Source: Pyrinomonadaceae bacterium (GTDB lineage: Bacteria; Acidobacteriota; Blastocatellia; Pyrinomonadales; Pyrinomonadaceae). From it: a DNA stretch of 64,000 bases. Each line of letters begins with the position of its first letter. Within the stretch, counting starts at the first letter, position 1. A program made the position numbers and the translations under genes. Below the pieces are notes generated by a model. The model did not search any database and was not told the DNA's origin. It worked only from the letters and a program-made list of their open reading frames with translations. Shown here piece by piece: positions 9,620 through 19,709 of the stretch. The stretch is taken from the NCBI GenBank assembly GCA_046313635.1, contig JBKBYA010000003.1, positions 216,769 to 280,768 on the forward strand, written 5' to 3'.

Positions 9620-9997
9620 ATGTCACAAGAGAAATACCAGTCGCTCCTCGAGCTTGCCAACCAGAACGGCACGACCTACGAGCTGAGCCAGGGCGACGGC
9701 GGCACGCTCATCGTTACCGGCACCGCGCCGAGCGAGGAGGCAAAGCAGCAGCTCTGGGACGAGTACAACCGCATCGATCCCGACTTTCGCTCGGGCGATC
9801 TCATTCTGAATATCTCGGTCGGCAGCGCCGCGGGCGGCGGCGGCCCGCACACGTACACCGTCGAGCCGGGCGACAACCTGACCAGGATCGGCAGCAAGTA
9901 CGGCCTGCCGTGGAAAGCCATCTACGATGCCAACCGCGACATTCTCAAAGACCCGGACAAGATCTACCCGGGCCAGGAGCTGAAGATACCCATTTAA
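9620..9997 (+). CDS. LysM peptidoglycan-binding protein (BON-like N-terminus + LysM)
   Basis: YTVEPGDNLTRIGSKYG...IYDANRDILKDPDKIYPGQELKIP; AAGGAGGT RBS. Confidence 0.9.
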   Translation: MSQEKYQSLLELANQNGTTYELSQGDGGTLIVTGTAPSEEAKQQLWDEYNRIDPDFRSGDLILNISVGSAAGGGGPHTYTVEPGDNLTRIGSKYGLPWKAIYDANRDILKDPDKIYPGQELKIPI

Positions 9998-10003
9998 CGC
10001 AAA

Positions 10004-10176
10004 CGGAACGCGGACGCCCCCGTCCGCATGAGCGTCGGCCGGAACGCGGACGCCCCCGTCCGCATGAGTGCGAAGCACGAAGAAAAAACGCCGGAGAATC
10101 GAGTAGATCGTTCTCCGGCGTTTTTTCTTCGCGTCCGAAGACGAACGCTCATGCGGACGGGGGCGCCCGCGGTCCG
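10004..10176. repeat. REP/REPIN-like palindromic cluster
   Basis: CGGAACGCGGACGCCCCCGTCCGCATGAG at 10004 and 10040, an inverted copy at 10147-10176, and a central perfect 21-bp hairpin at 10078-10131. Confidence 0.85.
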
Positions 10177-10214
10177 TCGACTTCGCAATTGTGAATTGCT
10201 AAATTCTCACTTGA

Positions 10215-11855
10215 ATGGCGCTCCAGACTGATTTTGTCGTGATCGGCAGCGGCGTCGCGGGCCTGCGGGCCGCGATCGAGCTCGCGGCGTCTGGTGCCGA
10301 GGTCACAGTTCTTACCAAGGACAAAGCCAGCGAATCGAATACCGAATACGCTCAGGGCGGCGTCGCCGTCGTGCTCGCCGAGGACGACGAAGCGACGCTG
10401 CACGAAGAAGACACGCTCGCTGCCGGCGCCGGTCTGTGCGACGAGGCCGCCGTCGAGGTGCTCGTCAAAGAAGGCACGCGATACATCAAGCAGCTGATCG
10501 ATTGGGGCGCGGAATTCGATCGCGAGGGCGGCAAGCTGATCTTTACCCGAGAGGCCGCGCACTCCCGGCGGCGGATACTGCACTCGCACGGCGACTCGAC
10601 GGGAGCGGAATTTGTCCGTTCGCTGATCGCACGCGCGCGACAAGAGACGCGTATCAATCTCATCCCATTTGCCGTCACAGAGGGACTGATCGTCCGCGAC
10701 GGCCGCTGCATCGGAGTTCGCTATCTCGACCCGATCCTCCGCACGCCGCGCGAGGTGATCGCCCGGGCCGTCATTCTGTGCACGGGCGGCGCGGGGCAGC
10801 TCTTTTTGCACACGACAAATCCGCCGGTCGCGACGGGCGACGGAATGGCGATGGCGTACTTTGCCGGAGCCGAGATGGCGGACATGGAGTTTGTCCAGTT
10901 TCATCCGACGGCGCTCAATCTCGAGAATGCGCCGCGCTTTTTGCTCAGCGAGGCGATGCGCGGCGAGGGCGGGATATTGCGAAACAAATTCGGCGAGCGT
11001 TTTATGCCGCGCTACGACGAGCGCGCCGAGCTCGCGCCGCGCGACATCGTCGCCCGCTCGATCGTCGCCGAGATGCGGCGCACCGGCACGCGGTCGGTCT
11101 ATCTCGATATGAGCGCGCTCGACGCTGCATATCTCAAGCATCGCTTTCCAAAGATCTACGACACCTGCGCGGCGTACGGGCTTGATATCGCAAAAGACAT
11201 GCTGCCCGTCTCGCCCGCGTCGCACTACTCGATGGGCGGCGTGCGGACCGATCTCTGGGGCCGCACGACCGTGCCCGGCCTCTACGCGGCCGGCGAGGTC
11301 ACGTGCACCGGCGTCCACGGCGCAAATCGCCTCGCGTCAAACTCGCTGCTCGAGGGCCTCGTCTTCGGCGCAAGAGCGGGCGAGGCGGCGGCGGCGGAGA
11401 ATTCCAAATTCCAAATTCCAAATTCCAAATTCGAAGATCCAAGTTCGGGAGCCGCAGTGCTCGGCCGCGACAGCACGCAAGATCTGGGATCTGGAATTTG
11501 GAATTTGGAATCCGGAATTTCCACGGCGGTTCGCAAGCGCGTAAAGCGCATCATGTGGGAGCGCGTCGGCATCATCCGCGACCGCTCGTCGCTCGAGCGT
11601 GCGCTGCGCGAGCTGCGGCAGATCTCTGCGGCTCGGCTCAGTCCGTCGTCGCGAAACTTCGTCGCGCTCGCGACGCTGATCGCGACCGCCGCGCTATGGC
11701 GCGAGGAGTCTCGCGGGGGACATTACCGCACTGACTTTCCCGAGCAGCGCGACGAGTGGCGTGTGCATTCGATCCAGAAGCTCGGCGGCGGCGTCGCGGC
11801 GAGCGACACGATCAACTTCGACCCGCCGTCCCACAGCGGCTCGGCGACGCGTTAG
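10215..11855 (+). CDS. nadB: L-aspartate oxidase (with ~40-aa repeat-derived insertion)
   Basis: GSGVAG FAD motif, SNTEYAQGG, EAAHSRRRILH, QFHPT, ELAPRDIVAR, GVHGANRLASNSLLE, REESRGGHYRTDFP. Confidence 0.95.
   Translation: MALQTDFVVIGSGVAGLRAAIELAASGAEVTVLTKDKASESNTEYAQGGVAVVLAEDDEATLHEEDTLAAGAGLCDEAAVEVLVKEGTRYIKQLIDWGAEFDREGGKLIFTREAAHSRRRILHSHGDSTGAEFVRSLIARARQETRINLIPFAVTEGLIVRDGRCIGVRYLDPILRTPREVIARAVILCTGGAGQLFLHTTNPPVATGDGMAMAYFAGAEMADMEFVQFHPTALNLENAPRFLLSEAMRGEGGILRNKFGERFMPRYDERAELAPRDIVARSIVAEMRRTGTRSVYLDMSALDAAYLKHRFPKIYDTCAAYGLDIAKDMLPVSPASHYSMGGVRTDLWGRTTVPGLYAAGEVTCTGVHGANRLASNSLLEGLVFGARAGEAAAAENSKFQIPNSKFEDPSSGAAVLGRDSTQDLGSGIWNLESGISTAVRKRVKRIMWERVGIIRDRSSLERALRELRQISAARLSPSSRNFVALATLIATAALWREESRGGHYRTDFPEQRDEWRVHSIQKLGGGVAASDTINFDPPSHSGSATR
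11400..11519. repeat. Inverted heptamer arrays inside nadB
   Basis: (AATTCCA)x4 plus degenerate units at 11400-11448; complementary TGGAATT-type units at 11485-11519. Confidence 0.85.
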
Positions 11856-11951
11856 CAGATCGGCCGCCGCTTTATCGCGCGGCGGCAGTTGTGCTAATTA
11901 TGATTCGCCGTTCAAGACTATCCGTTAGAACCGATCCGATCCCGTGAGCCT

Positions 11952-13550
11952 ATGGACTACACCGCAACGACCCTTAATCTCGCATCGATGATCGTTCATC
12001 ACGCCCGGCAGACGCCCGACAAGGAGGCGTTTGTCTGCGGCGACGCGCGAATGACGTACGGCCGGCTCGACGCGCTCTCCAACAAGGTCGCCAACGCACT
12101 CGTCGAGATGGGCATCGGCCCCGGCGACAAGGTCGCGCTGAGCTGCCCTAACATCCAGTACTTTCCGATCGTCTACTACGGCATTATGAAGGCCGGCGCC
12201 GTCGTCGTGCCGCTCAACGTTCTCTTTAAGCCGCGCGAGATCGAATATCATCTGCGGGACTCTGACGCAAAGGCCGTATTCGTCTTTGAAGGCACCGACG
12301 AGCTGCCGCTCGCCGCGTGGGTCAAGGAGGCGTTTGACCGTGTCGAGGGCTGCACCGACCTGATCGTGATGACGCGCGACCCGGCGGCGGCGAGCCCGTT
12401 TCACGAGCATCACACCCTGGCCGCCGTCACGATCGATCGTCCCGAGACCTTTGATATCTATCCGACAAAGCCCGGCGACACGTGCTCGATCCTCTACACC
12501 TCTGGCACGACCGGCCAGCCTAAGGGAGCCGAGCTGACGCACTTTAATATCTATATGAACTCGGTCGCGACGTACAACATTCATCTGCCGATGATCGACT
12601 TCACGCGAGGCGAGCAGCTTACGTGCCTGATCACGCTGCCGCTGTTTCACACGACGGGGCAGACCGTGCAGATGAATTCGAATATGTACGCCGGCCACCG
12701 CTGCGTGCTGCTGCCGCGATTCGATCCGCAAGCCGCGCTCGAGGCGATGGTGCGCGAAAAGGTGAACTTCTGGGTAGGCGTTCCGACGATGTATTGGGCG
12801 ATCCTCAAGTACGTCGACGAGACGAATTTTGACGTCGCGCCGGTCGTCGAGCATCTCAAAGTGCCGACATCCGGCGGCGCGCCGATGCCGGTCGAGCTGA
12901 TCGAGAGGTTTGGCAAGGTCTTTGGACTCCGCGTGCTCGAGGGCTACGGCCTGACCGAGACGTCGCCGCTCGCGTGCTTTAACCAGTTCGAACGGCCCTC
13001 AAAGCCCGGCACCGTCGGCCAGCCGCTGTCCGGCGTCGAGGTAAAGTGCGTCGACGACGCCGACAACGAGGTCGCCCGCGGCGAGCGCGGCGAGATCGTG
13101 ATCCGCGGGCACAACGTGATGAAGGGGTATTACAAACGGCCCGAAGCGACGGCTGAGGCCTTTCGCGGCGGGTGGTTTCATACAGGCGATATCGGCGTCA
13201 TCGACGACGAGGGCTACGTCTCGATCGTCGACCGCAAAAAGGACATGATCCTGCGCGGCGGCTACAACGTATATCCGCGCGAGCTCGAGGAGGTGATCAT
13301 CACGCACCCGGCCGTCTCGCTCTGCGCGGTGATCGGCGTGCCGGACGAGAAGCTCGGCGAGGAGGTCAAGGCCTTTGTCGTGCTCAAGCAGGGCGCGTCG
13401 CTCTCGGGCGACGAATTCATCGAATGGTGCAAGACGCAGTTTGCCGCAAACAAATATCCGCGATATGTAGAGTTTCGCGACAGCCTGCCGATCGGCGGGA
13501 CCGGAAAGATATTCAAACGGGCTTTGAAAGAGGATGCCGCTGCCCGATAG
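11952..13550 (+). CDS. Long-chain fatty acid--CoA ligase (AMP-binding)
   Basis: YTSGTTGQPKG, EGYGLTE, WFHTGD, DRKKDMILRGGYNVYPRE, GTGKIFKR. Confidence 0.92.
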   Translation: MDYTATTLNLASMIVHHARQTPDKEAFVCGDARMTYGRLDALSNKVANALVEMGIGPGDKVALSCPNIQYFPIVYYGIMKAGAVVVPLNVLFKPREIEYHLRDSDAKAVFVFEGTDELPLAAWVKEAFDRVEGCTDLIVMTRDPAAASPFHEHHTLAAVTIDRPETFDIYPTKPGDTCSILYTSGTTGQPKGAELTHFNIYMNSVATYNIHLPMIDFTRGEQLTCLITLPLFHTTGQTVQMNSNMYAGHRCVLLPRFDPQAALEAMVREKVNFWVGVPTMYWAILKYVDETNFDVAPVVEHLKVPTSGGAPMPVELIERFGKVFGLRVLEGYGLTETSPLACFNQFERPSKPGTVGQPLSGVEVKCVDDADNEVARGERGEIVIRGHNVMKGYYKRPEATAEAFRGGWFHTGDIGVIDDEGYVSIVDRKKDMILRGGYNVYPRELEEVIITHPAVSLCAVIGVPDEKLGEEVKAFVVLKQGASLSGDEFIEWCKTQFAANKYPRYVEFRDSLPIGGTGKIFKRALKEDAAAR

Positions 13551-13622
13551 ACTGGTCGTAACGGCGCGAGGCCGCATCGATCGCGCGGCCGTCGCCGAAT
13601 ACCTTTTTTGGACGCGTTTTTA

Positions 13623-13979
13623 ATGTATCGATTGAAATGTGCCGCAGTGCTGGCCGCCGCCGCGATCTTCACGGCCGTCAGCTGTCAGAGGTCCGGCGCT
13701 GCGCGAGTCGCGATCGCCGAGAGCAAAAAGTACGAGGCTTCGCTCTATCGCCAGCACTGCGCGATCTGCCACGGGGTCGAGGCAGAGGGAAAGGTCCTGA
13801 CCGACGGCCGCCGCGTGCCGAGCCTGCGCGAGGGCGAGTTCAAGGCAAAGAATCAGGCGCAGATCTACAACCAGATCGCCAACGGCGGCAACGGAATGGT
13901 CGCCTTTCGCAGTCAGCTCTCGCAGCGCGAGATCGAGATGATGACCGCCTTTGTGCTTCACGACCTGCGCGGGCAGTGA
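13623..13979 (+). CDS. Monoheme cytochrome c (probable lipoprotein)
   Basis: CAICH heme motif, GGNGM axial Met region, signal ending TAVSC. Confidence 0.85.
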   Translation: MYRLKCAAVLAAAAIFTAVSCQRSGAARVAIAESKKYEASLYRQHCAICHGVEAEGKVLTDGRRVPSLREGEFKAKNQAQIYNQIANGGNGMVAFRSQLSQREIEMMTAFVLHDLRGQ

Positions 13980-14001
13980 ACGCGCTTTTATCAGGGACGA
14001 G

Positions 14002-14898
14002 ATGAGAATTTTGATCACTGGAGCAAGCGGGCTGATCGGCCGAGAGCTGCAAACGGCGCTCGCCGCAAAAGGTCACGAGCTGCTGCTCGCGGGCCGCCGT
14101 GAGCCGTCTGCCGCCAACGAGATCAAATGGACGATCGAGGACGGCTTTGCCGAGCCCGAACGGCTTGAGGGACTCGACGCCGTCATTCATCTCGCCGGCG
14201 AGAGCATCAGCGGCGGCCTGCGGTGGAGCGAAGAAAAAAAGAAGGCGATCCGTGACAGCCGCGTGCTCGGCACACGCAGCGTCGTCGACGCGATGGCCGG
14301 CCTGAGAGTCAAACCCAAGACGTTTATCGCGGGCTCGGCGGTCGGATTCTACGGCGACCGCGGGAGCGAGGAACTGACCGAGGCGAGTCCCGCGGGCGAC
14401 ACCTTCTTGTCCGATGTCTGTAAGGCGTGGGAGGCCGAATCGCGCCGTGCCGAGGATCTCGGCATCCGCACCGTGCTGCTGCGGACCGGGATCGTGCTGT
14501 CAAAGGACGGCGGAGCGCTCGGCACGATGCTTACGCCCTTTAAGCTCGGCCTCGGCGGTGTCATCGGCAGCGGTAAACAATATATGAGCTGGATCTCGAT
14601 GGACGACGAGATCGCGGTCATCGAATTTGCGCTCGAGAACGAAAGCTTACGCGGCGCGGTCAACGCCGTCGCTCCCGAGCCGGTGACGAACGAAGAATTT
14701 ACAAAGGCCCTCGGCGACGTGCTCTACCGCCCGACATTCATCCCGCTGCCGGAGTTTGCCGTGAATCTGGTTTTTGGGGAGATGGGCGACGCGCTGCTGC
14801 TCGACAGCACGCGCGTCGTGCCCCGGCGGCTCGTCGATGCGGGATTTGAATTCAAGTACACAAAGATCCGCCCGGCCCTCGAAAATGCTGTAAAATGA
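14002..14898 (+). CDS. YfcH/TIGR01777-like NAD-dependent epimerase family protein
   Basis: ITGASGLIG, HLAGESI, SRVLGT, GSAVGFYG, LRTGIVL, GSGKQYMSWI. Confidence 0.9.
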   Translation: MRILITGASGLIGRELQTALAAKGHELLLAGRREPSAANEIKWTIEDGFAEPERLEGLDAVIHLAGESISGGLRWSEEKKKAIRDSRVLGTRSVVDAMAGLRVKPKTFIAGSAVGFYGDRGSEELTEASPAGDTFLSDVCKAWEAESRRAEDLGIRTVLLRTGIVLSKDGGALGTMLTPFKLGLGGVIGSGKQYMSWISMDDEIAVIEFALENESLRGAVNAVAPEPVTNEEFTKALGDVLYRPTFIPLPEFAVNLVFGEMGDALLLDSTRVVPRRLVDAGFEFKYTKIRPALENAVK

Positions 14899-14953
14899 CG
14901 ATTGCCGGGCAAACCGTCCGGTCTCTCCTTCATCGTAACCGCCAGTTTCGCGC

Positions 14954-15904
14954 ATGACCTCGAGCATTCATCATAGACATTTTACGGCCGTCGTCTTTAT
15001 CGGCCTCGCGTTCATACTGTCGGTTTACATCACACGCTCGTTCGCGCAGGAGCGCCGGAGCTCGGCGGTCGCGCAGCCGACCCCGCTGGTAACTCGAACC
15101 GGCAAGAGCGGACCCTCCGACGCCGGCAGCACGCGCGAGCGCGTCGTCGAGACGTCGGCCGGCAGATTCGCCGCGGCGGCGTCGGCGAACGCGCAGCTCC
15201 GCACGAGTCTCGCTTGGAAGTTCGGCAAGGCGCAGACCGGCTGGGAGATCTACGTGCCGCTGATCGCCGAGACCGTCGGTACCGACGCGTCGGCCGACTC
15301 GCCCGCATTTGCCGCGTCGGTCGCGCGATGGCAGGCAAAGAACGCAATGTCGCCGAGCGGCATTGTGGACGCCGACACGATCGACGCGTTGGTCAAGTTT
15401 TGGCAGGCACGGCGACGCAGCGACTCGGCCGCGTCATATGAGAGCGACATCGTCGCCGTCCCGATCGCCGACTTCTACGACCCGACGCGCAGCCCCGATC
15501 TTCTCAAGCTCGACCGCGAGACCTACACGGCGTACAAGCGAATGATCGCCGCCGCGACCAGAGATCTGGCTCGCGAGCTGCGGCTGACCCGCACGGGCGA
15601 GCTTGCACCAGAAGAGAAGTTTCTCAAGATCGTCTCGGCCTATCGCTCGCCGGAGTATCAGGAACAGCTCCGCCGGCGGTCGCCCGGCTCGGGCCGCATC
15701 GCTCTCGCCAAAAACAGCGTTCACTTTACGGGCCGCGCGATCGACATCTACGTCGGCGGCGAGCCGACCATCACGCGCGACGACAACCGCCGCGTGCAGG
15801 TCGAGACGCCGGTTTACAAGTGGCTCGTCAAGAACGCGCACAAGTTTGGCTTCTATCCATACTTTTACGAGCCGTGGCATTGGGAGTACGTTCCGGGAAA
15901 ATGA
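14954..15904 (+). CDS. M15 (VanY-like) D-Ala-D-Ala carboxypeptidase with peptidoglycan-binding region
   Basis: SAYRSPEYQ, SVHFTGRAID (SxHxxGxAxD), EPWHW; VARWQAKNAMSPSGIVDADT PG-binding-like. Confidence 0.85.
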   Translation: MTSSIHHRHFTAVVFIGLAFILSVYITRSFAQERRSSAVAQPTPLVTRTGKSGPSDAGSTRERVVETSAGRFAAAASANAQLRTSLAWKFGKAQTGWEIYVPLIAETVGTDASADSPAFAASVARWQAKNAMSPSGIVDADTIDALVKFWQARRRSDSAASYESDIVAVPIADFYDPTRSPDLLKLDRETYTAYKRMIAAATRDLARELRLTRTGELAPEEKFLKIVSAYRSPEYQEQLRRRSPGSGRIALAKNSVHFTGRAIDIYVGGEPTITRDDNRRVQVETPVYKWLVKNAHKFGFYPYFYEPWHWEYVPGK

Positions 15905-15981
15905 ATTTGAATTGATCGACTGAAAGAGGCTGTCCGGAGTGGGCAGCCTCTTTTGAATTTGGCTTGGCTGCGCCGGCGGTG

Positions 15982-16063
15982 CGGTTCTGCGGCATAGCCG
16001 CGGAAGAGTTTTAAGCGTGGAGCCGGAAAAGCGGAGCTTCTCCGCAAATACACGGCCGGAGCC
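15982..16063 (-). repeat. Dispersed palindromic repeat, copy 1
   Basis: Reverse complement aligns by eye with 57114-57198 (TGCGGAxAxGCTCxGCxTTTCCGGC...TAAAAC...GCGGCT..GCCGC); lies between convergent genes. Confidence 0.6.
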
Positions 16064-16078
16064 CGGCGGAGGTGGAGT

Positions 16079-16912
16079 TTATGGAGTCGTCGCTGCCAAC
16101 GGCAGCAGGATCGGCCGCGACGGCGCGGCATCGGCCGCAAAAGGAGCGATCTGGAGATTCAAAAGATAAAGTCCGTCACTCACGGCGGGCGGTACGTAGA
16201 TCAGCTCGGTTATCGTCGACGAAACTCGCGAATCCCCATTGACCTCAAACTTGCCCGCCTCCACATTCCAAAACGTCCTGTGATTGGACAAGCGGCCATC
16301 GTCGTACATCCGATCTATCGACGGCAGGTCGACCAGCAGGTGATCGATGCCGCTCTCGACCAGCACGCCTGCGGCGTCACTCGTCAAAAACGGCGGAAGC
16401 GTATCGGAGGGATATCGCCTCGAGAGTTTGCTGTCGTCATTAGGCAGCGTGCGGATGATGACGGCCTTGACGACTCCGGCATTGACGGCGTCATCAAGCG
16501 CGGCCTCGATCGATGACGCCGTCACGACGAGATCACCGGGTTCGAACGGCTGCGAGTATGTCTCGCTCGTCTCGATCCCAGCGACCGGCGCGATCGAGAC
16601 GAGCAGTGTGGGAACGAGCACGTCCTTTAGACATTCGCGCACCGAGATGCGCTCGTTCGTGATATGCCCGACGCACTCGGTATGCGTGCCGGTGCAGTGC
16701 GGGATGAATGTATAGCTCTCGAAATTGCAGCTGCCGCCGAGTCGGGTGTCGCCGACGATATCGCCCGCGCGGCACGGCTCGGACTGCGCCGCCGGCACGC
16801 CGAAGGCATTCGGCTGCGGGCCGTTGAACCGCAGCGGGATCGAGATGTCGATCGGCGAACGGGCGTCGAATGCCGCCGCGAGACCGTCGATGGTGACCAC
16901 GCTTGTGTTCAT
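16079..16912 (-). CDS. kynB: Cyclase-family metal hydrolase, probable kynurenine formamidase
   Basis: PHCTGTHTECVGH, DLPSIDR, DAAPSRP; directly downstream of kmo and kynU. Confidence 0.65.
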   Translation of the reverse strand: MNTSVVTIDGLAAAFDARSPIDISIPLRFNGPQPNAFGVPAAQSEPCRAGDIVGDTRLGGSCNFESYTFIPHCTGTHTECVGHITNERISVRECLKDVLVPTLLVSIAPVAGIETSETYSQPFEPGDLVVTASSIEAALDDAVNAGVVKAVIIRTLPNDDSKLSRRYPSDTLPPFLTSDAAGVLVESGIDHLLVDLPSIDRMYDDGRLSNHRTFWNVEAGKFEVNGDSRVSSTITELIYVPPAVSDGLYLLNLQIAPFAADAAPSRPILLPLAATTP

Positions 16913-18306
16913 CCGTTCGGGCTCTCCGCTTGCTCCGCTGCCAGCCGCCGCAGCCGTGCGATCACCTCGTCGAGATCGATCTCATCGGCGCTGTCGACGC
17001 GCGAACAGATATTCATCAGCTCGCGATCTTGCGCGTTGCCGAGACGCTTCGCGACGCTGTAGGGCAGGTCTTCGCGGAACGTTACCATCGAGTATTTCGA
17101 GAAGTAGTCAGGGAAGGTCTGTTCGAGCTTGGTTTCGAGCTCGCGTTTGCGCTGGAAGACGGGGTCGGCCACCCGGTCGCGCATCTCGTAAAAGTTCTCT
17201 TCGGCCATATCCGCGATCGCGTCGGTATTCTGCTTTCGCAGGCTGCCGTAGCGCGAGTAGACCATTTCCCAATCCGGTCCGCACTCCTCGATCAGAGAGT
17301 CGAGCACGCGCACGTCCTCAAAGGCGCAGTTCATCCCCTGACCGTAAAAGGGCACGACCGCGTGAGCCGAGTCGCCGAGCAGAAGAGCGCGGCCGCCGGC
17401 GTTCCACGGCCAGCATTTGATCGTGCCGAGATCGCCGGTCGGATTGCGAAAAAAATCGTCGACAAGCGTCGGCATCAGCGGGAGGGCGTCGGGGAATTCG
17501 CGTTTGAAAAATTCGACGAGCGACGCATCGTCCGTCAGTTGATCGAACGCGGGGGCCGTTTCGCCGGTCGTGGCACGCCCGCCGGCGACCGCGTTTCTGC
17601 CCGTATGATCGAGAAATAACGTGCAGGTAAAGCTCGCGTCAAAATTAGGCAGCGCGATCATCATGAAGCGGTGGCGCGGCCAGATGTGAAGCGCGTTCTT
17701 CTCGAGGAGAAAGTCGCCGTTCGGGCCCGGCGGGATATGCAGCTCCTTGTAGCCGTGCTCGAGCCACTTTTGCGAAAAGTCAAAGCGTTCGACGCCGCCC
17801 GCCATCATCGCACGCCGCACGGCCGAGCCCGCTCCGTCGGTCGCGATCACCGTATCGGCCGTCACGCGACGCCCGCTCGAAAAGAATGCCTCGCCCGTAT
17901 CGCAGTCAAAGTCGACGCACCGCTCGTGAAAGTGAAACCGGACCGAATCGTACCTTTCGGCCTCGTTCATCAGCGCGATATTGAGGCCCGATCGCGAGAC
18001 CGAGTTGATGTACTCGCCCTCGCGGCCCGAATAGCGAAGCAGCTTGGTCTCGCCCTGCTCGCTGTGGATCATCCGGCCGTACATCGGCACCGCCTCGGCG
18101 AGCATATACTCGTCCATTCCGACCTCGCGCAGCGCCGCGATGCCGCGGTCAGAGAGCGCCAAATTTATCGAACGTCCCGCCGCCGTCTCCTCCCGACGCA
18201 TATCGCCGCGCGCCTCATACACCTCGACCTCGAATCCGCGGCGCGCGAGATAGATCGACAACAGCGAGCCTGCGAGGCCCGCTCCGATGATCGCTACTTT
18301 AGGCAT
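16909..18306 (-). CDS. kmo: Kynurenine 3-monooxygenase
   Basis: GAGLAG, GRSINLALS, ALHIWPR, FMMIALPN, GDSAHAVVPFYGQGMNCAFED. Confidence 0.93.
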   Translation of the reverse strand: MPKVAIIGAGLAGSLLSIYLARRGFEVEVYEARGDMRREETAAGRSINLALSDRGIAALREVGMDEYMLAEAVPMYGRMIHSEQGETKLLRYSGREGEYINSVSRSGLNIALMNEAERYDSVRFHFHERCVDFDCDTGEAFFSSGRRVTADTVIATDGAGSAVRRAMMAGGVERFDFSQKWLEHGYKELHIPPGPNGDFLLEKNALHIWPRHRFMMIALPNFDASFTCTLFLDHTGRNAVAGGRATTGETAPAFDQLTDDASLVEFFKREFPDALPLMPTLVDDFFRNPTGDLGTIKCWPWNAGGRALLLGDSAHAVVPFYGQGMNCAFEDVRVLDSLIEECGPDWEMVYSRYGSLRKQNTDAIADMAEENFYEMRDRVADPVFQRKRELETKLEQTFPDYFSKYSMVTFREDLPYSVAKRLGNAQDRELMNICSRVDSADEIDLDEVIARLRRLAAEQAESPNG

Positions 18307-19565
18307 TCGCGCAAGACATGGACAAAGGCATTCACGTCCGAGAACGAGTTATACAGCGGCGTCGGTGCGACGCGGATGACGTCGGGCTCGCGCCAGTCGG
18401 CGGAGATGCCGCGGGCGATGAGCGAGTCGAAGAGGCTCCGGTCCGACTCTCTCACGCGGATCGAGAGCTGGCAGCCGCGGGCTTGCGGGTCGCGGGGCGT
18501 GATGACCGATATCCTCTCGTCGCCCAGCGAGTCGAGCAGCCGCTCGAGATGGCCTGTCAGCCGGACCGACTTGTCGCGCAGGGCGGACATTCCGGCCTCG
18601 TCAAATATGTCGAGCGACGCACGCAGAGCGGCCATCTGCAGGATGGGCGGATTTGAGATCTGCCAGCCCTCGGCGCCCGCGAGCGGTACGAACTCGGGCC
18701 CCATCAGAAACCGCGTCCGCTTGTCGTGGCCCCACCAGCCGGCAAATCTCGGGATCTCAAAATTCTCGGCGTGCCGCTCGTGCACAAACGCTCCCGCGAC
18801 GCCGCCGGGGCCAGCGTTGAGATATTTGTAAGAGCACCAAACCGCAAAATCGATATCCCAATCGTGAAGCCGCATCTCGAGATTGCCTGCGGCGTGAGCG
18901 AGGTCAAAGCCCGCGACGGCGCCGACGCGGTGCGCCGCGGCCGTGATCGCCGGCATGTCAAAGGCCTGGCCGGTGTAGTAATTCACGCCGCCGAACATCA
19001 CCAGCGCGAGCTCGTCGCCGTGCTCGTCGATCGCCGCGACGATGTCATCGGTCCGCAGCGTGGCTTCGCCCTCGCGCGGGGCGAGCTCGACGAGACATTT
19101 TGCCGGCTCGAGACCCCGCGTCGCGATGTGCGACCACACCGCGTACCGATCTGAAGGGAAAGCTCCGCGCTCGATCATTATCTTTCGCCGCTCACCGCGC
19201 GGCCGGTAAAAAGAGACGAGCATCAGATGCAGATTGACGGTCAGCGAATTCATAACGACCGTTTCTGCCGGGAGCGCGCCGACGACACGCGCCATCTTTT
19301 CGGTCAGGAATTCGTGATACGGCAGCCAGGGATGTGCAGCATGGACGTGGCCCTCGACGCCGAGGCGAGCCCAATCGTCGAGCTCCTGGTCGACGTACGC
19401 GCGGGTCGTCTTGGGCTGCAGTCCGAGAGAGTTACCGGTGAAATAAACGACCGGCCGACCGTCGCGGGCAAGAGGGAAATGAAATTGTTCACGAAACTTG
19501 CGGAGCGGATCGGCCGCGTCAAGCTGCTCGGCCGCGCCTTCGGTATCAGTGCTCTGAGGGCGCAT
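18294..19565 (-). CDS. kynU: Kynureninase
   Basis: YFTGNSLGLQP, MNSLTVNLHL, FDLAHAAGN, WCSYKYLNAGPG, GWWGH, RGCQLS. Confidence 0.95.
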   Translation of the reverse strand: MRPQSTDTEGAAEQLDAADPLRKFREQFHFPLARDGRPVVYFTGNSLGLQPKTTRAYVDQELDDWARLGVEGHVHAAHPWLPYHEFLTEKMARVVGALPAETVVMNSLTVNLHLMLVSFYRPRGERRKIMIERGAFPSDRYAVWSHIATRGLEPAKCLVELAPREGEATLRTDDIVAAIDEHGDELALVMFGGVNYYTGQAFDMPAITAAAHRVGAVAGFDLAHAAGNLEMRLHDWDIDFAVWCSYKYLNAGPGGVAGAFVHERHAENFEIPRFAGWWGHDKRTRFLMGPEFVPLAGAEGWQISNPPILQMAALRASLDIFDEAGMSALRDKSVRLTGHLERLLDSLGDERISVITPRDPQARGCQLSIRVRESDRSLFDSLIARGISADWREPDVIRVAPTPLYNSFSDVNAFVHVLRECLK

Positions 19566-19709
19566 ATTTTTATTCGAATTTATCGGAAATGCGCCGGGTT
19601 GAAAAGCGGGCCGCGATCAAACATCCGAGCGTGATACGCATCGCCCCGATCATTCGCGTTGGTAAGTGCGGACAAGCGCCGCAAATACATACTCAGCGAG
19701 GCAGCATTA

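Noticed and set aside
17550..17605. Short apparent insertion in kmo resembling a degenerate copy of the 27086/27807 REP
   Set aside because: Only partial similarity in GC-rich sequence; not distinguishable from chance by eye.
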